Below are positions 19,969 to 28,293 of a DNA stretch of 64,000 bases, in pieces. The notes beneath the pieces were generated by a model that had not been told where the DNA came from, did not search any database, and was given only the letters and a program-made list of their open reading frames with translations. The position numbers and the translations under genes were made by a program. Position 1 is the first letter of the stretch. Every line of letters begins with the position of its first letter. Source of the DNA: Candidatus Micrarchaeota archaeon. Its GTDB lineage: Archaea > Micrarchaeota > Micrarchaeia > Norongarragalinales > SBBD01. Location: positions 256,001-320,000 of the forward strand of contig JAHJQN010000004.1 in NCBI GenBank assembly GCA_018819225.1, written 5' to 3'.

Positions 19969-20319
19969 ATGAGTTTCAAAGAGTTCGTGAAAGCGTATAA
20001 GTACATCCACAAAACCCGCGCGTCATGGTATCATCTGCAATGGAGATTGTTTGCGATCGTCGTCGCTGCCGCAGCCATCGGGCTCATCCACAATTACTTG
20101 TTCTTCAAGTTCAACATCTTCTTGCCCGAGTATGGCGCCTTCCTGGGCGAACGCTTCTTTTACTGGTTCATGCTCGGCATCCTCTTCGGAATCGTGACCG
20201 TGGCCGCTGTATTCGAAGGCGAATTCATGCTCGGCGTACGTCGCGTCGCAAAAGAAGTGGAATCCGAAGCCCGGCAGGAATTCAAGAAACCGATTCGAAA
20301 ACGCCGACAACGCAGGTAA
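19969..20319 (+). CDS. Hypothetical membrane protein
   Basis: GGTGA SD, 2 TM helices, basic tail. Confidence 0.7.
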   Translation: MSFKEFVKAYKYIHKTRASWYHLQWRLFAIVVAAAAIGLIHNYLFFKFNIFLPEYGAFLGERFFYWFMLGILFGIVTVAAVFEGEFMLGVRRVAKEVESEARQEFKKPIRKRRQRR

Positions 20320-20356
20320 CGCGTTTTTAAAGAGCGAATCGCATAATAGGTTCAGA

Positions 20357-20417
20357 GAGGAGTGACCTCAAACCGCTGGTTCTTGCAAAAGAACCGGAAG
20401 GAGGAGATGCCCATATG
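20357..20417 (+). promoter_or_regulatory. endA 5' leader with BHB-like fold (candidate mRNA intron 20372..20406)
   Basis: CCTC(20366-69):GAGG(20401-04) helix, bulges AAA and AGA, 9-bp stem with GCAA tetraloop; TTTTTAAA box at 20324-31. Confidence 0.55.
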
Positions 20418-21578
20418 GCCGTACAGTTTGAACTCGACGACGACAAGTTACTAGTCAAAGACCTCATTTCCGTGCAAGCCCTTGACCGCGGATACTTTGG
20501 AACCGATTTTCAAGGTAAAAAAAATTTGCTCGAACTCATTCCAGAGGAAGCCTTGTACCTGATGGACGTACGCAATGCGATCTGCCTGAAAAAAAAGCGA
20601 AAAATTTCATTTAACCAAGTCGCCCGAAGACACAACAAGGAAAAGAAGTTTCTGGCACGATACTTTTGTTACAAGGATTGGCGCGATCGCGGCATCATTG
20701 CCCGACGAATTGATCGCACGGACACCGAATACGGAAGAAGTCCCGTGGTCAAGTACCCATCGAAAGAATTCCTTCCACTACGCATCCACGCCAAGGCGAT
20801 GTTCTTCTCCGACGATCTCATGGCCATCATTGATGACGAAACCGAAGGTCAGCGGGTCTATGAAGAACGATGGTTCGGACAATACGGAACCTATAAAGCC
20901 AAAAAGCACGGCCGATTTTTGAAACTGGATGCGTACGAAACCTTGTTTCTCATCAAGCACGCCGGATTGAAAACCAATGTCAGTGAAACGCAATTGATTC
21001 GAGCCTGCCAAAAACGACGAAAAGACTTTCTCGCGCTCTATGAAGTGTTTGAAGACTGGCGTCTGCGTTCATTCGTACTCAAAACGGGTTTCAAGTTCGG
21101 AACGCATTTTCGCCTATATTTTCCGGGCGCATCCCCGAAACTAGGCAATGAAGAGTGGATGCATAGCAAGCACGTCATTCACGTGTTCCCTCGCGAAAAT
21201 AAGATGTTAATTAGCGAATGGGCCCGCGCCATACGGGTGGCACACGGCGTCAAAAAAACGTTTATTCTCGCGATACCGGGGGTGAAAACTGAAAAACCAG
21301 CGGAAGTCGATTTCTTGTTGTACCACCGCAAGAAAGGCGGCCTCATCGAAAACCCAAAACAGGATTCCCCGAAATTTGTTATGCTTGCTTTGAGCGAAGA
21401 AGAAGAAATTGGAGGAGAAGAATTGGCGCAAGCCATTGAAAAATCTAAGGGAATGGGGTTGGATCTCATGCTCGCGATCTGCGACCGAGAAACCGCCATA
21501 ACCTACTATCGAGTGAAGCGCGTCGAGCTCCCGAAAAGCAAGTACGAGTACTATGAGATTGAATGGAAGCAACCCTAA
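20415..21578 (+). CDS. endA: tRNA splicing endonuclease, three-unit (ARMAN epsilon2-like) type
   Basis: LIPEEALYL...YKDWRDRG (first unit), LDAYETLFL...KTGFKFGTHFRLY...HSKH...RVAHGVKK (catalytic Y/H/K), C-terminal unit AICDRETAITYYRV; 387 aa. Confidence 0.93.
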   Translation: MAVQFELDDDKLLVKDLISVQALDRGYFGTDFQGKKNLLELIPEEALYLMDVRNAICLKKKRKISFNQVARRHNKEKKFLARYFCYKDWRDRGIIARRIDRTDTEYGRSPVVKYPSKEFLPLRIHAKAMFFSDDLMAIIDDETEGQRVYEERWFGQYGTYKAKKHGRFLKLDAYETLFLIKHAGLKTNVSETQLIRACQKRRKDFLALYEVFEDWRLRSFVLKTGFKFGTHFRLYFPGASPKLGNEEWMHSKHVIHVFPRENKMLISEWARAIRVAHGVKKTFILAIPGVKTEKPAEVDFLLYHRKKGGLIENPKQDSPKFVMLALSEEEEIGGEELAQAIEKSKGMGLDLMLAICDRETAITYYRVKRVELPKSKYEYYEIEWKQP

Positions 21579-21594
21579 TCCGAACGCATCCGAC

Positions 21595-22455
21595 TTACAT
21601 GCGTCTCGAGATGTAAAACCCTCCGATCAAAATGATGAGGACGCCTACGGCTTGCTCGACGGAAAGCCATTCATTGAACCAAACCATTGAAAAGAACGCC
21701 GTTATAACGGGGGCTAACATGAGGAACGTCGATGAAAGAGTCGCCCCCGCGGTTTCAATGGATTTGAGGATGAAAAAAGAGGAAAGGAACACGAAAAATC
21801 CTAACAGAACGATCCATTCGAATGCCTCGAACGGAAACGCCCATTGATTCCAAAGAATCGCTGCGAGTAACAGAAAAAGGGTGCCGAAGAGAACGCGACC
21901 CGCAATGATGAGTTGAATGGAGACGCGCTCATTCAATCGTTTAACATACACGTTCGTAAAACCCACGATTCCCCCGGAAATGACGACGAGTATATCGCCG
22001 AAATTCGGAATAAAGAATTGACCATTCGTGGAAACCAAGAACATGCCGATCACCATGACACCAAAAACAATCGCAAACGCTTTCGGAAGACGCTCTTTCA
22101 AGAAAAGATATCCGAACCAAGCGGTAAAGATGGCCACGAAAGCCTGTGAGAGACCTAAACTGACGGTAGAGGTCAACGTTAAGGCGTAGAGTTGGAGAAG
22201 AATCGTAATCCCCCCTGCAAGAATTCCAACCAGGATCAAATCCCGCCAGTCCGTTAACGTGAGACGGTGCACCGACGCATTCATCAAGAAGAGAGGAATC
22301 GATAGAATGGAGGCCACCAATGCCATGTACAACGAGATCGAAAAAAAGTCTGCTCCCGTTCGAAGAGCAAACCGCTGAATAATAAACGAAAAACCGAGGA
22401 AAAAAGAAGCCAGAAAGAGGTAAAATAATGTGCGGGAATTCACGAAAAATTTCAC
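21595..22455 (-). CDS. EamA/DMT family transporter
   Basis: About 10 TM helices, duplicated repeat, FLKERL and FNEWLS motifs. Confidence 0.88.
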   Translation of the reverse strand: MKFFVNSRTLFYLFLASFFLGFSFIIQRFALRTGADFFSISLYMALVASILSIPLFLMNASVHRLTLTDWRDLILVGILAGGITILLQLYALTLTSTVSLGLSQAFVAIFTAWFGYLFLKERLPKAFAIVFGVMVIGMFLVSTNGQFFIPNFGDILVVISGGIVGFTNVYVKRLNERVSIQLIIAGRVLFGTLFLLLAAILWNQWAFPFEAFEWIVLLGFFVFLSSFFILKSIETAGATLSSTFLMLAPVITAFFSMVWFNEWLSVEQAVGVLIILIGGFYISRRM

Positions 22456-22467
22456 CTCCCGAATGAA

Positions 22468-23823
22468 TTATTTCTCGTGACGCAAAGCGTTCATATGGTT
22501 CACGCGTTTTTGAACGAGCGCCGTAGTTCCAATGTCTTTCCGATGCGTGACCGGACCCTTGATACGTCGCACGGCTTCCTCCGCAATGCGTTCCGCATCT
22601 TCCAGCTTATCGGCAATGCCCACGCACGCGATGGCCCGAGAGGCGCCCATGCGCAACTGAAGGGCATCCGAACCATCCAAGGATTCCACGGAACCCAAAT
22701 AGACTTTCAGCTTCCCGCCCAATTCGTTCTCGTATGCACGAAGACTCGAAATATCGATGATTTCCCCTTTTTTGGGCTTCAACGGATACCCTTCCGGAAC
22801 CGCGTACTTGCATACCGTCGCTTTCTGCGCAAACTCAAGCTTTACGTCACGCAAACGCTCGTGCACGATCGCATCCATCACTTCCACAAAATCCGATTTA
22901 ATTAATGGAAGAATATTCATCACTTCCGGATCGCCGAAACGGACGTTGTACTCGATGAGCTTCACCCCTTCCACGGTCAACATGAACCCCCCGTACATAA
23001 TGCCCTTGAACCGAATCCCCGTCTCCTTGAAAATGGCTTCAGCCACCTCCTGCGTAATTCGTTTAGCGGTTTCCAAATCCGATGCTGAAACAAAAGGCAG
23101 CAAGTGGTTTTGCATGCTGTATGAACCCATACCGCCCGTATTCGGTCCCGTATCATCTTCAAACGCCCGCTTGTGATCCTGGGCAATCGGAGAGGGAATA
23201 ACGGTCTTGCCGTCCGTAAAGAATTGAACGCTAAACTCTTCACCCTCCAGTTTCTCCTCTAAAACCACTTTCGAACCCTGATCCAACAATTGTTGACAAT
23301 ACGTTTTGGCATCCTCGACGCCTTTCAAGTGATCGCCCAAAACCTTCACGCCCTTTCCACCCGTCAACCCGTCGGGTTTGACCACGAACTTTCCAAGGTC
23401 GATCAAATAATCTTCCACGCCGTCCATTGAATCAAACACGTGATACTCGAGGCTGCCTTCAATGTCGTATTTTTTTAATAGGTTTCGCATGAATGACTTG
23501 CTGCTTTCTAAACGAGCATTCGTTTTTAACGGACCCGCACACGGAACGCCCACTTCATTCAATGCGTCTACCACACCCGCAGCCAGGGGCGCTTCCGGAC
23601 TAATCACAGCCAGATCCGGCGTCACTTCCCGAGCGAATCGTTGAATGGCTTCCAGGTCATTGGCGCGTCCCACGACATGATTTTTTGAACGGGCAATCAC
23701 CGACGGATTCGCATGGGAAAGGTAACTGAATAGAGCCGTATTTTTACATCGGGAAATGGCTTCAGCCAAACAGTCCGCCCGAGCCGTACTGCCTAACGCA
23801 ATCAATAACACGTTCCTCGTCAT
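22468..23823 (-). CDS. purD: Phosphoribosylamine--glycine ligase
   Basis: PEAPLAAGVVD, LESSKSF, VVKPDGLTGGKGV, QDHKRAFEDDTGPNTGGMG, EYNVRFGDPE. Confidence 0.97.
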   Translation of the reverse strand: MTRNVLLIALGSTARADCLAEAISRCKNTALFSYLSHANPSVIARSKNHVVGRANDLEAIQRFAREVTPDLAVISPEAPLAAGVVDALNEVGVPCAGPLKTNARLESSKSFMRNLLKKYDIEGSLEYHVFDSMDGVEDYLIDLGKFVVKPDGLTGGKGVKVLGDHLKGVEDAKTYCQQLLDQGSKVVLEEKLEGEEFSVQFFTDGKTVIPSPIAQDHKRAFEDDTGPNTGGMGSYSMQNHLLPFVSASDLETAKRITQEVAEAIFKETGIRFKGIMYGGFMLTVEGVKLIEYNVRFGDPEVMNILPLIKSDFVEVMDAIVHERLRDVKLEFAQKATVCKYAVPEGYPLKPKKGEIIDISSLRAYENELGGKLKVYLGSVESLDGSDALQLRMGASRAIACVGIADKLEDAERIAEEAVRRIKGPVTHRKDIGTTALVQKRVNHMNALRHEK

Positions 23824-23852
23824 TCCAAATCCCCTCAACCCAAATCAACGAC

Positions 23853-24170
23853 TCAACTGAAAATGCTTCCAAAACCCGCTGCAGCCGATCCTTCATCGGA
23901 ATCCAGTTTCATCAACACCGTCTCGCGATCGCTTCCATCCAATACCTTGAGAGATTCAATAGGCTTCAATGCCTCCAACAATTTTTTTTCCCTCGCTCCA
24001 TCATCGCATTGAAAAACCAGTACGTAATTGCCGCCCTTCAAACCCAGACGATTGCTTTCTCGAAGCGTATACCCCACGCGACTGAACGAGTCAGCCCCAT
24101 ACGGATTCTCCTCGAGCAATTTCTTCAGGCTCTTGTAATCCGATCCTTCAACCAGGAAGACCCGCTTCAT
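23853..24170 (-). CDS. Hypothetical protein
   Basis: 105-aa ORF in an operon-like run; ends AAAGFGSIFS. Confidence 0.7.
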   Translation of the reverse strand: MKRVFLVEGSDYKSLKKLLEENPYGADSFSRVGYTLRESNRLGLKGGNYVLVFQCDDGAREKKLLEALKPIESLKVLDGSDRETVLMKLDSDEGSAAAGFGSIFS

Positions 24171-24179
24171 AGTCCGTCA

Positions 24180-25130
24180 TCACGCTCGCTTCGATCTAAC
24201 AACGCGCTTGACCTTCACCAAACCCTTCTCCTGCAACATGACATGGTAAACGTGCAACACCGCAAGAATAACGGAGAGGGTATACAAGGGGCCGGTGATC
24301 ATCCCAAAACCTTGTTGTAACAAGACGCCGATTCCCGCCATTCCCACCGTTGACATGAAAACTCGAATACCCCAAAACAGTGCATTAGGAATAAGCAATA
24401 CGAGGGCAATGAGCACATAAACGGTTAGGCTGGCGCCCACGATTCGCGCGAACACCCCTAGTACCCGGCCCTGCGTCAACTTCCACGATACGGATAGTGC
24501 TTCGGAAACAGAGAGATCTTCATGCGCAAATGCGTACATGGAGAGACTCAAACGAACCGACATATAGTAAACAATAAGGAGGTACACGAACATCAACATG
24601 AAGCCCAAAAATAGGGTGAATAGGTTCCAGCTCCCCATACCAATTCCTAACAACATCGCGGACACAACGCCGAGCAATAAATACGTCTTGTCCCGCCAGC
24701 AAAAAACGGCTTGTAAAAAGGCAACGATGCCGACAAAAATAAATGAGAGGACTTTCCGCGGAGTCACATGAATGGCCGACAATTGTTTCTTTCGAAGACC
24801 GTACGTCATAATATACAAGGAAAGGTACGAAATGGCGAAATAATACAATAAGCCGATTAATACTCCAACGAAAAGAATGCCGAAAATGACTCCCACGAGT
24901 CCCGCCATATTAGAACCCGTAAAGAAATGCGTCCAATACGAGATATCCGAGAATAGCGCGACATGAATACCGATCGCAGCAGCAAACGCGAGAACGGCTC
25001 CGAACACCAAGCCGAACAAAAGAATTTGAGCCAGAATCAACGCCAAATAATACTTCCAGACCTCGATATCACGAATCCACGAAAACCCGAAACGGACGCT
25101 GTCCATCACATCCTGCAAGAAATCTCCCAT
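24180..25130 (-). CDS. Multi-pass membrane protein
   Basis: About 7 TM helices; EALSVSWKLTQG motif common in GDPD-membrane-like domains. Confidence 0.7.
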   Translation of the reverse strand: MGDFLQDVMDSVRFGFSWIRDIEVWKYYLALILAQILLFGLVFGAVLAFAAAIGIHVALFSDISYWTHFFTGSNMAGLVGVIFGILFVGVLIGLLYYFAISYLSLYIMTYGLRKKQLSAIHVTPRKVLSFIFVGIVAFLQAVFCWRDKTYLLLGVVSAMLLGIGMGSWNLFTLFLGFMLMFVYLLIVYYMSVRLSLSMYAFAHEDLSVSEALSVSWKLTQGRVLGVFARIVGASLTVYVLIALVLLIPNALFWGIRVFMSTVGMAGIGVLLQQGFGMITGPLYTLSVILAVLHVYHVMLQEKGLVKVKRVVRSKRA

Positions 25131-25136
25131 AAACCC

Positions 25137-26237
25137 TCACCACCAATACGCGAGTTTTTTCAACCCCGTGATTTCAGACGTCCCCCTTCCCGCGTAATGA
25201 CGCCCCCTAAACTCGACGCGCGCTTCATTCGGGAACGCCGCATAATCGATATCGGCCGAGCGCACCTTCAAAGGACTTAACAACGTGACGCCCTTAATTA
25301 ATCTTTTCTTGGGTGCATGCAAAGCCGTCGCTTGAATGCGCAAATGACCATCCGGAGTCGAAGCCGAAATATGAGGTTTTCGTCGCACGTGACTCTCAGT
25401 ACTCGTCGCATCGCCAAACAAGTGAAAGGCCCCGCTCATCAAATCCACGACGTAGACTTGATAATTAATGGGTATCCGCGTCTTCTGCAGTTCAACAAAA
25501 AACTTCATGAGACCCACAAACTTCGGATTCCCCTTACCCAACGTCGGTACGCAATAGAAAATGTTCCAGTTCCATCCCGCCGAAAACAAGGGCAACGCAA
25601 TATGAACCATTTCCGTGTACGCAAACGGCGACTCCAACCACTTTCCATTAATGCATTCCAATTCCGGGGGCAGGCGAACCGAGTTCGGTTGTCCTTCAAT
25701 ATCTAAACGCATGCGGGCCTTCAACGGATATAATACCCAACTGGCGAGCACCTGATTAAACACCGTAAACACGCACCGATAATTCCCGATTTTGCGACGA
25801 ATCCGAGAGAAATCGTATTGAAACACCAGATCCGCCTTCTTTCGCTTGACCACGAACCGAACCTTCGACTGCAACGCATTGAATCGCCATCGCAGTTCCC
25901 GCTCGGAATCGGAAACGAGCGCTTCCCGGGGATAGAACCGGGATTTGCACGAACCCTCTCCAAACAACCACGTCTTTTTCCCGCTGCGAAGCTCATGAAA
26001 TAAATAATTTTGGTGTTCATCAAACGCCAGACCAATAAACGATTGAAGAACCTCTGCTCCAAAATAGCCGTACAACCAACCTCGCTCGAAAGCCGTTGAC
26101 GAACCCTGAAACAGTTTTTCCTTTGAAAAAAAGGAAGAGAACACGGCATGCTTGGGATCGTGCGGAGGCACGCGCCGCACCCCCCGCTTACGCCCATCAA
26201 AATAAAATTCGAAAATGTCTTGATTGCTTCCCTTCAT
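25137..26237 (-). CDS. Hypothetical protein
   Basis: 366-aa ORF overlapping the elp3 stop (ATGA), beta-rich and aromatic. Confidence 0.65.
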   Translation of the reverse strand: MKGSNQDIFEFYFDGRKRGVRRVPPHDPKHAVFSSFFSKEKLFQGSSTAFERGWLYGYFGAEVLQSFIGLAFDEHQNYLFHELRSGKKTWLFGEGSCKSRFYPREALVSDSERELRWRFNALQSKVRFVVKRKKADLVFQYDFSRIRRKIGNYRCVFTVFNQVLASWVLYPLKARMRLDIEGQPNSVRLPPELECINGKWLESPFAYTEMVHIALPLFSAGWNWNIFYCVPTLGKGNPKFVGLMKFFVELQKTRIPINYQVYVVDLMSGAFHLFGDATSTESHVRRKPHISASTPDGHLRIQATALHAPKKRLIKGVTLLSPLKVRSADIDYAAFPNEARVEFRGRHYAGRGTSEITGLKKLAYWW

Positions 26238-27835
26238 GCTAATCGCTTCCCCATGTACACGCCGTCGCGAGCATACCCCCGAGAACGGTAATACTCGCGA
26301 ACGCCCACCCCCGAAATCACCAGCATTTTGCGCGCATCGAATTCCTCTCGGGCCGTACGTTCCGCTTCGGCCAGAAGTCGCGAGCCCAATCCATCGTGTT
26401 GAACGCGAGAAAAATGAGAGGAACGCTCACGGCTACCGATGCGCAACGGCTCTCCGTACACGTGCAATTCACGAATCCCTACGGTATTCTCCGTAATCTC
26501 CGGACGGAAAGGAGCTGCCGGAACGCGCAACCGAAGAAAACCAAGCAGCGCATCCGCAGAGCCATCCTCAAAACTCAAAAAAACTTCGCGCCCACCGGAA
26601 GCCGCATAATCGCGGCGAACCAGTTTGGCATGAAGAGAATTGACGTCGACATTCTCCTTTAACATCTTCAAGCCCGCTTCCCGGCAGCGAATACATCGGC
26701 AGGAAACGCCTTTCTGTTTCAAGTTTTGGAATATGAGCTCCCGCAAATTACTTTTTTTTACGCCATCCACAATCAAGTTCGCCGGAATGTCTCGGTTCAC
26801 GCGCATGATACGGCAGTATTCCGGAACAAACCGCTTGCCTTCCGCAATGACTTCCGCCGCTTCTTCCGAAGTGTACGGGGTATACGCCCCCTTACGCCAC
26901 AATTCATATAAAGGAGTTTGAGGCATGACGAGCGTCGGATAAATTTTAAGCATATCCGGTTGAAACCGTTCATCGTCAAACAATTGTTTCGCATCCGAAA
27001 GATCTTGGCGACGATCCGCAAATAATCCGGGCATCATATGAAAACAAATCTTCAAAAACGAATCCTTGAGTCGAGCCGTTGCATCCACGACCGCCTGCAA
27101 ATCATGACCCCGGCCACTTTTCTTCAATACCTCATCCGACAGCGATTGGACTCCCATTTCGATACGCGTCGCACCAAAATCAAGCAGGGAAGAAACTTGC
27201 TCCGGGGCACAATGATCGGGACGCGTCTCAAAGGTTAACCCCACGAGGCGGTGTTCCGCGTTTTCATTCACGGTTTGAGCATGCTCAATCGATGGCGACT
27301 GCGAGGTATTCAGGGCGTTATACATGCCTAAGACAAACTGACGCTGGTAATCGTCAGGAAGCGCGTTAAACGTCCCCCCTTGCACAATCAACTCGCATTT
27401 CTCGGTGTGGTGACCCAATAAAGAAAACTGGTGCAACCGCGCCGAAACCATTTGGTACGCATCATAATTATTTTGAGCGGCTCGTCGAGCCGCCGGTTCC
27501 TTGCCCGTATAACTTTTCGGCGAATTAAACGCCGGTCCGCCGGGACAATAAATGCAACGACCCGGACACGGCATCGGAGCCGTCATAATCGCGATATTGC
27601 TTATCCCGGAAAGCGCCCGAACATGCTTGGATTTCAATGTTTTTTGAAGTTCCGCAGGCAAGCGTCCTTCCCGCTCTTGAATCCATTCCACGACCTGCGG
27701 ATTCTTGATCACTTGAGGAAGCTGGTGCTTACTTGCCAACCGGTTTTTCAATTGCTGGACCTGTCGGGGACTCAGGAGAGGATTGCGCTTGAGCTCCGAA
27801 TATAAGTCTTGCATGAAGACGTCTTTGGCGTTCAC
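26234..27835 (-). CDS. elp3: tRNA uridine(34) acetyltransferase Elp3 (radical SAM + KAT)
   Basis: CPGRCIYC, SPKSYTGKEPA, ETRPD, KIYPTLV, CRCIRCRE, RELHVYG, VISGVGVREYY. Confidence 0.97.
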   Translation of the reverse strand: MNAKDVFMQDLYSELKRNPLLSPRQVQQLKNRLASKHQLPQVIKNPQVVEWIQEREGRLPAELQKTLKSKHVRALSGISNIAIMTAPMPCPGRCIYCPGGPAFNSPKSYTGKEPAARRAAQNNYDAYQMVSARLHQFSLLGHHTEKCELIVQGGTFNALPDDYQRQFVLGMYNALNTSQSPSIEHAQTVNENAEHRLVGLTFETRPDHCAPEQVSSLLDFGATRIEMGVQSLSDEVLKKSGRGHDLQAVVDATARLKDSFLKICFHMMPGLFADRRQDLSDAKQLFDDERFQPDMLKIYPTLVMPQTPLYELWRKGAYTPYTSEEAAEVIAEGKRFVPEYCRIMRVNRDIPANLIVDGVKKSNLRELIFQNLKQKGVSCRCIRCREAGLKMLKENVDVNSLHAKLVRRDYAASGGREVFLSFEDGSADALLGFLRLRVPAAPFRPEITENTVGIRELHVYGEPLRIGSRERSSHFSRVQHDGLGSRLLAEAERTAREEFDARKMLVISGVGVREYYRSRGYARDGVYMGKRLA

Positions 27836-27875
27836 AGATAACTCCCATTAAGCCCGTTGACTCGACGCAAGACAT

Positions 27876-28205
27876 TTAACGCGGATGAATGAAAATGCCT
27901 GCCGCGATAAAAATTACTCCAATGACGAGATTAACGAGCGCGCCTTGCATGTACGCATTATTGACTTTGGCAATGCTTTGCCCTACTAACGAGCGCGCTT
28001 GCTGGCTCGTCGCCGCAATCTCGGAGGGAGTAAGCCCTTGCATGGCCGCTAACTCTTCCTGCTGGTTCAGGGTTTCCTCCAAACCCATCATGGCTACCTC
28101 GCTCTGCGCCGTGCTGACCATCAGCTGATTCACTTGAGCGAGAGCGAGTACGAGACCTCCGACTCCAAAAAGAATCAGGGCATATGAAAGCGCTTTCTTA
28201 TTCAT
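27876..28205 (-). CDS. Hypothetical membrane protein (2 TM)
   Basis: N- and C-terminal TM helices around a helical loop. Confidence 0.65.
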   Translation of the reverse strand: MNKKALSYALILFGVGGLVLALAQVNQLMVSTAQSEVAMMGLEETLNQQEELAAMQGLTPSEIAATSQQARSLVGQSIAKVNNAYMQGALVNLVIGVIFIAAGIFIHPR

Positions 28206-28293
28206 TTCCAACCACCTACTAGAAGCATATCGTAAGAAATAGAGCAAGAACAGGTTTAAAACGGCTCCGGAAACCCTTAACCATAAGTCCGGT

